Sequence record: NC_070936.1 | Length of the DNA: 64,000 nt | Direction: 5' to 3' (one strand) | Shown: positions 10,277-19,801 of the stretch, one piece after another | How the letters are laid out: each line of letters begins with the position of its first letter | Numbering within the stretch: the stretch's first letter is position 1 | Translations under genes and position numbers: made by a program | The notes under the pieces: model-generated | The model's input: the letters and a program-made list of their open reading frames with translations, nothing else | The model's database searches: none | What the model was told of the DNA's origin: nothing

Positions 10277-10881
10277 CCTATGATAACCAAGATCGATACT
10301 TGCTATTAAAACAATTGCTGGTGACAATCTGCTTGGCTGCTAAACAAGCTAAGCTATCTGTTAATGGTACCCCACTTACTTTAGATGAACAACAGGGTAA
10401 GGTAATTCGTCTTATCCAGGAAATCCAAGATAACTTTACTATCCCCTATGGGTTACTTCGTGGTGGACGTGTTTATCTTTATCTTGACCCTATTGTTGGT
10501 CATATTAGTGGTCTGGCTTCCGGTCGTCTTCCTGAAGACTGCTGGGAGAATGAATATCTAAAGAAACTGGAAGATCGTGAACTTTTAGCTGACTGTATTC
10601 TCCACTACCCACTCACTGAAGAGTATGTGGAAGAACACGCACAAAGTTTGAAAGATAAAAACTTCCACACCAATGGTCGTGAACGTGCCGGTGAACTTAT
10701 TGAGAAAACCGAAGCGGCTTTACGAGCTATTAGACGTTGGGCGGAAGGCCACCCAGGTATGACACTTGAACAGTGTGTTGTTCTTTGTAATGCCGTAGAG
10801 TTGGTTGACTGGATCTTTAGTTTCACTAATGACGTAATTGGAGTTGAGAATGTCCCAGACGACGACATCCCTGGATGCTGA
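10273..10881 (+). CDS. Hypothetical protein
   Basis: 202-aa ORF with GAGG RBS and ATGA overlap; no recognised motif. Confidence 0.6.
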   Translation: MTYDNQDRYLLLKQLLVTICLAAKQAKLSVNGTPLTLDEQQGKVIRLIQEIQDNFTIPYGLLRGGRVYLYLDPIVGHISGLASGRLPEDCWENEYLKKLEDRELLADCILHYPLTEEYVEEHAQSLKDKNFHTNGRERAGELIEKTEAALRAIRRWAEGHPGMTLEQCVVLCNAVELVDWIFSFTNDVIGVENVPDDDIPGC

Positions 10882-11689
10882 TTTCGATTACCTTGACTGG
10901 TGTTATGACGGTATGGAATCGTTGCTGAATAATTCCAGTCGTTCTTACTTCCAAGGTATGATGGGTGGTGAATCTTTCTATTGTCTCCACCTTGATGCTA
11001 ATAATTATGCTGGTATGGAAGATAAGTTTAGTGATGGAATCAAGAAGGCAGCAAGAACCCTTTATGATAACATCATCAACATGCTGAAGCGTATTCGTGA
11101 ATATTTCTTCGGTGATGGTGAGAAAGCTGCTGACGATGCTCAAGCTAATGCTGAATCATCCATAAGTGCTTTGATGGAAATGAGTGGTGATACACCTATC
11201 CCGGAAGATTCCCCAGCTCGTAATCCAGAAAACTACATCAAGTCTCTTGAAGGCGGTGTGGAGTTCAATGAACTCAAGGAAGAGAATGGTGCACTAAGTT
11301 CTGCACTAGACAAAGTTAAAGCAGCAGCCATGAAAGTAAAGGACGCTAAGACAGTTGGTCAACTTCGGTCAGTCTATACTGAAATTGGTAAAGCAGCAAC
11401 AGCCGGTAATCGCGTTGTAACTGAAACACTACGCAGTACTGTCTCTGCGGCCGAACAAGCTGCTCGTAAACTACAGAACGCCAAGATCCCTAAAGAGGAC
11501 GATACTTCCGAAGTTAAAGCAGCTATTAAAGCAGAAAACTCTGAAGTATCCGCTAAGGCTAAAGAGGAAACCAAGAAAGCTCGTTTAGTCGGTGGTGTTC
11601 GTAATAAATTTGTCGGTGCTTTGAATTCCATTAGCCGTATGTCTAAAGGTGTCAAAGAGAAACCTGTAGAACCTAAATTCAAGGGTTAA
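10850..11689 (+). CDS. Internal head protein, same paralog family
   Basis: Probable start ATG 10850 (MSQTTTS...); DGME, GGE and AGME sites, then KKAARTLYDNIINMLKRIREYF helix. Confidence 0.6.
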   Translation: MSQTTTSLDADFDYLDWCYDGMESLLNNSSRSYFQGMMGGESFYCLHLDANNYAGMEDKFSDGIKKAARTLYDNIINMLKRIREYFFGDGEKAADDAQANAESSISALMEMSGDTPIPEDSPARNPENYIKSLEGGVEFNELKEENGALSSALDKVKAAAMKVKDAKTVGQLRSVYTEIGKAATAGNRVVTETLRSTVSAAEQAARKLQNAKIPKEDDTSEVKAAIKAENSEVSAKAKEETKKARLVGGVRNKFVGALNSISRMSKGVKEKPVEPKFKG

Positions 11690-11690
11690 C

Positions 11691-12398
11691 ATGACTTACT
11701 CATTTCAGAATGAGGTTATTAAAAGTCTACCTACTGGTCATCGCTTTATAAGAATGGTTTCTGGGGCTAACAATACCACCATTGTCTACACTGTGAAGAA
11801 TGCAGTTAAACATGAGCTGGTAATGCCCAAGATGGATATCAGTCGGTATTTTTACAAGATACCGACTATCTTCATACCTGAGAACAGCTCCTATAACGAC
11901 CTGTATGAACTCATCAGCGAGCGTTATGGATTAGGGTTACAGAAGAACATTGATTTCTACAATAGCGCCACAGTGCCCGTTACAGAGAGCCCTGTTTATA
12001 TGGAGCTTCCTGTCAATGAGTCTTGTTGCGCTTATTATGGAAACATCCGTTGTTATGTTCTTAAACATAACTTGTATAATGGTAACCTTAAACCCGTTCG
12101 TGATTTAACCAGTACAGACGGTAGTACTTACCTCAACAAACTAAAAATCAAATCTTACTTTATAGGTAAATTGATTTGTTTAGCTGATCATCTAACTATC
12201 GGTGATACACTAACTCCTGACATTGTTGAATTGTTAGTTAGTGATATGGATGGTCAAACTTATCCAGGTGCTTCAGATAGTTATCGCTATATCCTTTCTG
12301 ATGCTAAAGTTATTGATCTTTTTAATGATGGTATTTCTGACATACTTCTAATTGAAACATTTCAAGGTTTACTTTCTATTCGTTATTCTCTTAATTAA
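11691..12398 (+). CDS. Virion-associated protein with a jumbo-phage paralog domain (K.DI..YF...YGL.L...D...L.V...YYG)
   Basis: 235 aa; the motif recurs in 34376..34714 and resembles SPN3US paralog family B from recall. Confidence 0.5.
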   Translation: MTYSFQNEVIKSLPTGHRFIRMVSGANNTTIVYTVKNAVKHELVMPKMDISRYFYKIPTIFIPENSSYNDLYELISERYGLGLQKNIDFYNSATVPVTESPVYMELPVNESCCAYYGNIRCYVLKHNLYNGNLKPVRDLTSTDGSTYLNKLKIKSYFIGKLICLADHLTIGDTLTPDIVELLVSDMDGQTYPGASDSYRYILSDAKVIDLFNDGISDILLIETFQGLLSIRYSLN

Positions 12399-12597
12399 AA
12401 ACGATGGTATTGATCTTGAGACTGATACTGCGAGAGTGGTGTTAGTTGGTTGAGTTAGATGTGTTGCGGAGAAACCGAGTGAGGGGAAAGGGGATTTATT
12501 ATATACAGCAGAGCGTAGCGATATCTCTATTCCTATCTCTTCTCTTTACAATGATCAAGAAATAAAAAGATTCAATAATAAACTTTAAATATCATTT

Positions 12598-12628
12598 CCT
12601 CTACTCCTTTTATCGGGAGTAGGGGTTT
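12598..12628 (+). terminator. Terminator-like hairpin (GTAGG family)
   Basis: CCTCTACTCC...GGAGTAGGGG-TTT, followed by TTATG upstream of the next gene. Confidence 0.6.
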
Positions 12629-12660
12629 GATGTTATGATTGTTCTAAAGAGGAATTAATT

Positions 12661-14247
12661 ATGTTTAAAGTAAAGATTCCTTCCTTTGAGACTTACAAGA
12701 TAGCTACAAGACCAGTTGTCTTAACTTCACTCAAACAAGTACTTGAGTATTTCAATATTGATTTAAATCAGAAAATTTATTTCAATGGTGAAGCAGAAGT
12801 TTCTAAACTCTTAGGTGGGGAATATAACGATAAACGTGGTGGGGACTTAAAGACTGATGTAGGGTATGACAACAAGATATTTGTTGAACTAGAAAGAGAG
12901 ATGGGTGATTATAACAATGAACTAGACGGGAACACAACGGATGATACTATCCCACCTGTTTGGTTTGAGCCCATTACCAAATCTAGAATCACACCTAAGT
13001 TCAGTACACGTATCTATCGCGTTACTGTCAATAAGTATATGAAGGATCGTGTTACAGCTGAACGATACCTTGAAGATATCAGAGCTAAAACCTTTGGTGT
13101 TAACTTCAATAGCTTGTTCAGTATGGAAACGCATTACCCAGTTACTTATCCTGTTCTTCAGTGCTTTAAAGAAATCTTCGACAGACTCATTAAAGCCAAA
13201 CAGGTTCCGGAAGACACTAACTTCATTGATTGGATGTTAAAGAACTCTGTCATTCCTTCTGGAATCTTGAGAAACGTCATTGGTAATAACCCAGTATACG
13301 TTTTCAAACAGTGCATTGACAATATCGGAATCAATATGGAAAACCCCAATATGGCCACCGTAACAAGTGGTGCTTATATTGGTAAGTTTGAAGTTAGCTT
13401 CCAATATTGGTTCTATTGGTCAGAACACAAGAACTGGATCTTTGAATACCCACTGCAAGTATATCAACAACCTATGCCGTATGAGTATATGCCAGAAGTA
13501 TTCGAAGAGAATATCCAGAGCAATACCAACAAACAGTTCTTCGAGTCGGCAGCTGCTAGATCTGTTTGGGGTAGTTCAGATATCATGCCTCTATATCACG
13601 TTCTTCCTAATTTTGATAACTGGAGACCTGAACCAACTAAATGGATTTCTCCCCAGTTACAAATTGTGACGAATGTTGAAGATGTACAAGAACAAGTATT
13701 GATCAACATCAAAGATATTCATGGCTTTGATTGGGATCCTACTTTTATTCATTACATCATGAAGTACCGTGATAAAGTGACTAACCGTCATAATAACCCG
13801 ATGCAGTTCAAAGTTTATTCTGATGAAACAGAAGTTTTAAATAGTCAGATACAGCTGAGAGAGAACGGCGATCTAGTTATTATACGTCCACCGAGAATGT
13901 CCAGTATTTACCGTGTTACATTTAACTTAGATTATGCTTTACGTTTATACAGTGAAATCTGCATAAAGGATTTCCTGGATGATCCTGAGTATACTAAATG
14001 GATTATTGGGATTCTCTACCCGCATTGGCACTTACGTGATGATTGGGGTAACGGTGGGATAGATGATTGGTGGGAGATTCATAACGGGATTGATGTCGGT
14101 GATGGGGATGAGATTGATTTCTATCTTCCATATGGCATGATGGGCTTGACTATTATCGCCCATAATTCAGAAACCTACCAGAAGTACATAACACTTAAAG
14201 AAAGAGGCATTATTAATGGCGCAGACTATTATTGGCCGCGAACCTGA
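12661..14247 (+). CDS. Virion structural protein (neck/tail region, phiKZ gp99-like position)
   Basis: 528 aa, GAGGA RBS; product from synteny only. Confidence 0.5.
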   Translation: MFKVKIPSFETYKIATRPVVLTSLKQVLEYFNIDLNQKIYFNGEAEVSKLLGGEYNDKRGGDLKTDVGYDNKIFVELEREMGDYNNELDGNTTDDTIPPVWFEPITKSRITPKFSTRIYRVTVNKYMKDRVTAERYLEDIRAKTFGVNFNSLFSMETHYPVTYPVLQCFKEIFDRLIKAKQVPEDTNFIDWMLKNSVIPSGILRNVIGNNPVYVFKQCIDNIGINMENPNMATVTSGAYIGKFEVSFQYWFYWSEHKNWIFEYPLQVYQQPMPYEYMPEVFEENIQSNTNKQFFESAAARSVWGSSDIMPLYHVLPNFDNWRPEPTKWISPQLQIVTNVEDVQEQVLINIKDIHGFDWDPTFIHYIMKYRDKVTNRHNNPMQFKVYSDETEVLNSQIQLRENGDLVIIRPPRMSSIYRVTFNLDYALRLYSEICIKDFLDDPEYTKWIIGILYPHWHLRDDWGNGGIDDWWEIHNGIDVGDGDEIDFYLPYGMMGLTIIAHNSETYQKYITLKERGIINGADYYWPRT

Positions 14248-15517
14248 ACCACAAAAGCCAGAGACAGCGTTGCCTGAGTCATATCAGAACACGATCATAG
14301 AGTCTCGTTATATTCCTCATACCAGTCTACTTTCTTTTGTACCTGGTATGCCAACGAGAACTATCTACTACCGTGGTTCTTATGGACGTGATGAAGAACA
14401 GCAGGGATTTGAACCAGAGTCTATTCAAACCTATGCTTCCTATAAACGGGTTCATAACCTAATCATCAAAATCGATAACGGTAATGGTAACTATAACTTT
14501 GATGCGATGAACGGTCAAGGCAGTAACCAACTTACTGGTTATGTTCTTTTCGACCTGACTCCTAACAAAGGTGACTTGTTCGTTAAAGATATTGGCGATG
14601 GTCGTGCTGGACTTTACGTTCTGACACAACAGCCTGAATTGAGAACCATCCATGCTGACAAATGTTATTATATTGAAGCCGAACTAACGGCGATAATGAC
14701 AAATGAAATACAGCTTAATCTGGACCAGAAAGTTATAGAAGAACTTTACTATTCCAAAGATTCTGCTGTAGATGGTGGTAATGCGGTTCTCACTAAAGAC
14801 GATTACAGTCTTAATAAGAAACTGTATGATTTGCAGTTTGCCATTGTGGACGATATTCTCGCTAACCACTATTTCATGGACGAAGATACAATCATTATCC
14901 CTAATGATGATGACGATCGTCTGTACGATCCATATTTAGCTAAATTCTTGAGTTACGTATTCCCACAGAAAGTTATCGGGGCACGTAGAAAGATCAAGCT
15001 ACTGGATCCAAACTACTATGTCGATAACCGTAGAGCTAACCAACCATTAACTGTTTGGGATATGTTCTACCGCAACGACTTCAGTATGCCTAAACGATAT
15101 CAACAAAAGTATTGGGTTCATAATCGTCGTGATATGTTGAACACCCGTATGTATGGTAACATCTTCTTCTCCAAAATGGATAGAATGATAAACGTGTATG
15201 AAGAGTCTGCTAAACGTGGTCCCTATTCATTCACTGGTGCATTGTTACCTAACTTAGTACCTCCAGGTTATGACGGTCCTCGTGAACCTGGTCAACCATG
15301 GGAATACTTCTTCTCTGAAGAATTCTACTCTGGTGGTGGGACTGAGACAGAGCAGTTCGTTTGGAAAATGTTTAAAGATAAAACAATCGATAAACGTGGA
15401 CTAGTGAATGTGCTTGAGAAATACTGGGATCTGGACGATAAGGCCAAACTTTATATGTCGGGCATATATGTCGGTGCAATCAAACAAGCTTTGATCACCA
15501 ATAGCAGCTACACATAA
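14216..15517 (+). CDS. Virion structural protein (possible head-closure/neck protein)
   Basis: 433 aa, overlaps the previous gene by 32 nt; TIYYRG...Q.Y....NLIIK motif recalled from phiKZ-like virion proteins. Confidence 0.45.
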   Translation: MAQTIIGREPEPQKPETALPESYQNTIIESRYIPHTSLLSFVPGMPTRTIYYRGSYGRDEEQQGFEPESIQTYASYKRVHNLIIKIDNGNGNYNFDAMNGQGSNQLTGYVLFDLTPNKGDLFVKDIGDGRAGLYVLTQQPELRTIHADKCYYIEAELTAIMTNEIQLNLDQKVIEELYYSKDSAVDGGNAVLTKDDYSLNKKLYDLQFAIVDDILANHYFMDEDTIIIPNDDDDRLYDPYLAKFLSYVFPQKVIGARRKIKLLDPNYYVDNRRANQPLTVWDMFYRNDFSMPKRYQQKYWVHNRRDMLNTRMYGNIFFSKMDRMINVYEESAKRGPYSFTGALLPNLVPPGYDGPREPGQPWEYFFSEEFYSGGGTETEQFVWKMFKDKTIDKRGLVNVLEKYWDLDDKAKLYMSGIYVGAIKQALITNSSYT

Positions 15518-15527
15518 AGGTAAAGTT

Positions 15528-16166
15528 ATGGAACTAGAACGTTACACTTTTCTTCGCAATGAACTCCGTAAAATGTACACCATTCTTACTGAGCAAACTT
15601 TTATTGTTTCAATTCCACTAAGTTCATTTATGACACTTAAGCAATTGGACAGAGCGAAGAACAATCCGCCGTTGACGGGATTTGAAACGTATGAGACTGC
15701 AGTGGAACGTCCTTTCACCGTCCAGCGTATTTTGCAAGCAGTAGAGATCATGGGGGATGACCTTCAAATTGGTTTCCGCAATGCCCGTCAGGATATCCCC
15801 TTCCTCTACAACACCATCCAAACATGGATTCAGTATTGGATTGAAATTAAAAGAGATATTGGTTACTTAAGAACACCAGACTTAAGTGAGCTAGAACTCA
15901 TTGAGAGACTCGCTAAGCACTTGTTTAGTGCGTATGCTCACTACCACTATGAGAAGATCAATAAAACGCTTGGTGTTGGTCATAGCGGCGAAATGACACT
16001 TCTTGATGCACTTCGTGGTAGAATGATGTTTGGTACTGATATGGATGAAGGACTATCATTCATTTCCCATGTTGACGAATACCGTTCATTGACAGGTCAA
16101 ACTGGTGGTGCTGGAATGTCCTTCGGTAGTGCAAGTGGATTGCTTCAAGGACTTGGAGGTCTTTAA
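15528..16166 (+). CDS. Conserved hypothetical protein
   Basis: 212 aa, AAGGT RBS, coupled to the next gene (TAATG). Confidence 0.6.
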   Translation: MELERYTFLRNELRKMYTILTEQTFIVSIPLSSFMTLKQLDRAKNNPPLTGFETYETAVERPFTVQRILQAVEIMGDDLQIGFRNARQDIPFLYNTIQTWIQYWIEIKRDIGYLRTPDLSELELIERLAKHLFSAYAHYHYEKINKTLGVGHSGEMTLLDALRGRMMFGTDMDEGLSFISHVDEYRSLTGQTGGAGMSFGSASGLLQGLGGL

Positions 16167-17509
16167 TGTTAGCTACACAGATTCAAGCTTTCTTAAAGCA
16201 AGCTAAATCCACAGCTGACTATGCCAACAACGCAGCTAGTACAGTTACCATGACTGCTGTGTTTATAACTCCTGAGGGCCAATATACGGCCCTAGGTGTT
16301 GAAAGGTTTATGGAGTATGGGGATTTCGTAAATAACCGCTCAGATGTTATTCAGATTCGCGTAAGGTTGCAACCAGGAATCTACTTTAACAAGATCGTCC
16401 CTTTCCGTGATGATTTAACTGTTCAGGTATTTGTGGATTCAGAAAGTGATCGTGTTTTGCGTGAGTTTGTTGGGGTCCCTCTTGTTTCCACTGACGTAAG
16501 AGCTGAGGGGAACAACACAGCTGCTGTTAATATAGATGGACTCAATGATACCAACCTGGTTCCCTATGAGTTCCAGTTGATGTCCCGCGGCTTTGCTAAA
16601 TTGAAAACGATACCTGTTTCCAATATTTATCAAATGGGAACTATTGGGGATGTTATCGCTACTGCCATGGAAACTTATTCTGCACAAGCAGGGTTAACCG
16701 GGTGGGATGCTTACAAAGGTATGCAATTCCATCAACCTATCGATAACACTAACCGTTATGACTCTATAGAGATTCCCAATGGAACGAAACTCATTAACGT
16801 TCCTGTCATACTTCAGAATGATAACGATTATGGTGTTTATACCAAAGGTCTTTGTTGTTACTATAAACAAAACTATTGGTGGGTTGTTCCCTTGTATAAC
16901 ACTGAGCTTGTGGAAACACATCCAAGACCGTTAGATATTATCAGAGTACCTGAAAATAAAATACCTGATCTGGATGCTACATTCTATCGATCCAATGTCG
17001 CTATGACAATCATTGCTTGTGGTAAAGCTACGCACACTGATAATGCGGATATCGATAAACAGAACGAAGGTGTTGGTCAAAGATTAGTTATGGGTGACGC
17101 TATTGCCGGTGATACAGGTTATCACTATAACAATGGTCGTGCCATTACAACTCGTGCAGATACTGTTCAGGAATATAAATTAAGTAACCGTAGAGATGGT
17201 GATCAGTGGATACCACTAAACCAAGCACCAACTGGAAACCTTTGTGTACCTCTAACACAGAACGCCATAAACGAAGGTGAGATCATCGAAGTGGAGTGGC
17301 GCAATGGAGATGTGGGTTATTTAGAGCCAGGGCACCCTGTACGTTATCAATACATGTACAGTGATAGTGAGATGATGGTCAGACGTGGAGTCCTATTAGG
17401 ATACCGTACAGACTACATACCAATCACTAGCTATGCAAAACCAATGCTTAAAAGAACTACTATTTTAAAACTGTTTGTTAAACGTCGTTCTGAATTTAAA
17501 GTTGATTAA
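16166..17509 (+). CDS. Virion structural protein, probable baseplate hub (phiKZ gp101-like)
   Basis: 447 aa; YGVY..GL..YY....WWV.P.Y motif, plus a C-terminal W.N.D...L.PG.PVRY pattern typical of gp27-like hubs (recall). Confidence 0.5.
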   Translation: MLATQIQAFLKQAKSTADYANNAASTVTMTAVFITPEGQYTALGVERFMEYGDFVNNRSDVIQIRVRLQPGIYFNKIVPFRDDLTVQVFVDSESDRVLREFVGVPLVSTDVRAEGNNTAAVNIDGLNDTNLVPYEFQLMSRGFAKLKTIPVSNIYQMGTIGDVIATAMETYSAQAGLTGWDAYKGMQFHQPIDNTNRYDSIEIPNGTKLINVPVILQNDNDYGVYTKGLCCYYKQNYWWVVPLYNTELVETHPRPLDIIRVPENKIPDLDATFYRSNVAMTIIACGKATHTDNADIDKQNEGVGQRLVMGDAIAGDTGYHYNNGRAITTRADTVQEYKLSNRRDGDQWIPLNQAPTGNLCVPLTQNAINEGEIIEVEWRNGDVGYLEPGHPVRYQYMYSDSEMMVRRGVLLGYRTDYIPITSYAKPMLKRTTILKLFVKRRSEFKVD

Positions 17510-17515
17510 CAACTA

Positions 17516-17547
17516 CTAGAACTAGGGGCACCAGCCCCTAGTTCTAG
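17516..17547. terminator. Bidirectional terminator between convergent genes
   Basis: Perfect 14-bp stem CTAGAACTAGGGGC-ACCA-GCCCCTAGTTCTAG between the stops at 17509 (+) and 17558 (-). Confidence 0.8.
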
Positions 17548-17557
17548 ATTATCTTAT

Positions 17558-19096
17558 TTAGATGTCGTCAAAGTCTGAGCCACCGCCCATTGCTTCACTT
17601 CTGTGTGCTAATGATTTACGATAAATCTTTTTATCAAAGTTAATATCATGAACAAGACCATTAACAGGGTCTAATGGATAGATACCGAAACGACTACTTT
17701 CTTGAGCACCTTCACCACGCATCTTACCAACGTAATAAGTAAACCAACATTCGTTGTTTTGAAGTTTAGCTACATGCAGACCGATTACACAGTCGACTTC
17801 GTTAGTAAGTTTAGTACAACCTTCAGTCATTGACTTACCGCCAACATCACGGATGAAGTAAATCTCTGAATCATCATCTTGTTCACGGATGAATTTCTTA
17901 GCATCCGGGTTAAGCTGGTGAGGAGTAAGGAAAGCTGCACCACGAGAGGTAAAGAAGTTACGAGCACGGTTATACAGGTTCTGTAGTTTATCAGAACGTG
18001 ATTCACCTTGACAGCCAGTTAAGTCTGCCATTGCCAGATAGTCATATGCACCAACAATGATTTCATGACCTTTCAGTTCTAATGTGCGAACACGTTGCAT
18101 GATCTCATGGATATTATCGTGAGATGGGTTAACGCGATAGAATTTGAAAGACCAACCATTCTCATCAAAGGTATCGATAATTGTAGATACAACTTCATCT
18201 GTAGTTGCTTCGAAGAAGTTAGGCTTAGTACCAGTCTTAGCAGTAACGAACAATTCGTACATACGTTTAAAGATCAGACCTAAGCTATCCTCAGCAGACA
18301 TTAATACAACAGTTGGAATCTTGGACTTATTACGAAGAACCGGTTTGTTGTATAACGGAACAGATGCGATGAGGTGTGCAAGACCAAATGACTTACCGCG
18401 GTTAGTCAGTGCTTCGATCATGTACATCAAGCCACGACGTAGACCGCAGTCAGGATATAAAGCTTCGTTAAGACCAGCTAAGCCAGTTTTGATAATACCT
18501 TCTGGAGAAGTCTCAACTTTAAGTTGATCAATAACTGTCTTGATGCCATCAGGGTTATCAGAACCAGTAGCTTCAACAACAGCCTTATCGAATGTATTAT
18601 CATTCAGGTCAGCAATCTTTTCATTAATCAGTTCGTTGATCTTCATCCAATCATCTTTGGAGAGATCATCTTCACCTTCAAACAAGAATGGACGAACCAT
18701 ACTTTTGAATTGGAACGCGAACTTGTTACTTGTTGCTACATCACGCAGCTCTTTAATAATTTGGAAGATTAGCTGTCGCGAGTCTTCATTACCCAAATCT
18801 GATTTAAAAGCGTCTGTGAGTAGTTTCTCAAGTTCAGGAGAAAGGAGAATAATCTCAGTTAACTTAGGGGTCAACAGTGATGTTATGATATTAGAGTCAT
18901 TCGGTTGCTCTCTAAACCACCCCAGTAATTTGCGGAGCAGAGCTTCTGTTTTCTTGTCTTGTTGAACTAGACTTTCTTTACTCTTAGGAACGTCCTCAGA
19001 TAACAAAAGGATTTCATCCATTAAATCTTTGTCATCTAAACGCCAAGCTTGGAACATTGCTTGTGCAAGTTTGACGAGACGAATCAGGTTGTTCAT
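17558..19096 (-). CDS. dnaB: Replicative DnaB-like (SF4) helicase (phiKZ gp118-like)
   Basis: 512 aa; Walker A variant ALTNRGKS, LMSAED, Walker B AYDYL, TPHQLN motif, C-terminal GKMRG; divergent from the capsid as in phiKZ. Confidence 0.85.
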   Translation of the reverse strand: MNNLIRLVKLAQAMFQAWRLDDKDLMDEILLLSEDVPKSKESLVQQDKKTEALLRKLLGWFREQPNDSNIITSLLTPKLTEIILLSPELEKLLTDAFKSDLGNEDSRQLIFQIIKELRDVATSNKFAFQFKSMVRPFLFEGEDDLSKDDWMKINELINEKIADLNDNTFDKAVVEATGSDNPDGIKTVIDQLKVETSPEGIIKTGLAGLNEALYPDCGLRRGLMYMIEALTNRGKSFGLAHLIASVPLYNKPVLRNKSKIPTVVLMSAEDSLGLIFKRMYELFVTAKTGTKPNFFEATTDEVVSTIIDTFDENGWSFKFYRVNPSHDNIHEIMQRVRTLELKGHEIIVGAYDYLAMADLTGCQGESRSDKLQNLYNRARNFFTSRGAAFLTPHQLNPDAKKFIREQDDDSEIYFIRDVGGKSMTEGCTKLTNEVDCVIGLHVAKLQNNECWFTYYVGKMRGEGAQESSRFGIYPLDPVNGLVHDINFDKKIYRKSLAHRSEAMGGGSDFDDI

Positions 19097-19133
19097 TTAT
19101 TGCTCCTAGGTATAAAACTTTAAAGGTAAGGTT

Positions 19134-19685
19134 ATGATCTTTAAATCCGGTCAAAGTGACATCGAGGTGTACTTCCTACAAGAACATCACCTTGAACTGT
19201 TGAATTCTTTAGGTCTTGAATTATCACAGTTGCCACTACTTCCTAAGTTCCCAGAGGTCTCAGATGAAGACTGCCTGGAATGGCTTAAGTTCCAACGTGG
19301 TGTAGAAAAACAATTATGTGGTTTCAAGAGTACAACTTATGATTATGCCAGTGATATTACAATCGGTGACATTAATCGTAAAGGCGTGGTATATAAAACA
19401 AAATATGATGAAGTAATTAATTCAGACTCTCGTATTAATTTAGGTCATCAGTTCTATTACCATATCTTTAACGGGAAGTTGTTTATTCTAAACAGTAATA
19501 ATACTGTGAATAGCAACTGGTTTACGAATGTGCAGGGGAACCTGGCCAGTTCTCTTTATCAGGCACTGCTGTCTTCCTTTAGTATCTTTGAATTGTACTT
19601 CCGTCCAACCAAAGATTTAAAAGAAACAGTAAGCCAAAGAAATTACATTGACTTAGGTTATTTGATTTCTAAAGTAATCAGCTAA
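19134..19685 (+). CDS. Conserved hypothetical protein (phiKZ gp119-like position)
   Basis: 183 aa, AAGGT RBS; between DnaB and the capsid gene. Confidence 0.6.
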   Translation: MIFKSGQSDIEVYFLQEHHLELLNSLGLELSQLPLLPKFPEVSDEDCLEWLKFQRGVEKQLCGFKSTTYDYASDITIGDINRKGVVYKTKYDEVINSDSRINLGHQFYYHIFNGKLFILNSNNTVNSNWFTNVQGNLASSLYQALLSSFSIFELYFRPTKDLKETVSQRNYIDLGYLISKVIS

Positions 19686-19724
19686 TACTTTGTGGAACAG
19701 TTGATATCAAGCGCTTATCTATCT

Positions 19725-19728
19725 TATG
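19725..19728 (+). promoter_or_regulatory. Putative late promoter core TATG upstream of the capsid gene
   Basis: TCTTATGCG about 75 nt upstream of the capsid ATG; TATG at the start site is the known phiKZ late-promoter element, but a 4-mer is weak evidence. Confidence 0.35.
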
Positions 19729-19801
19729 CGTAAAAATATTAACTACCGCGAACAAATATATTTGTTTTCAAAAAGACTTTTTGTAAAAAGGTATTTTAAC
19801 T

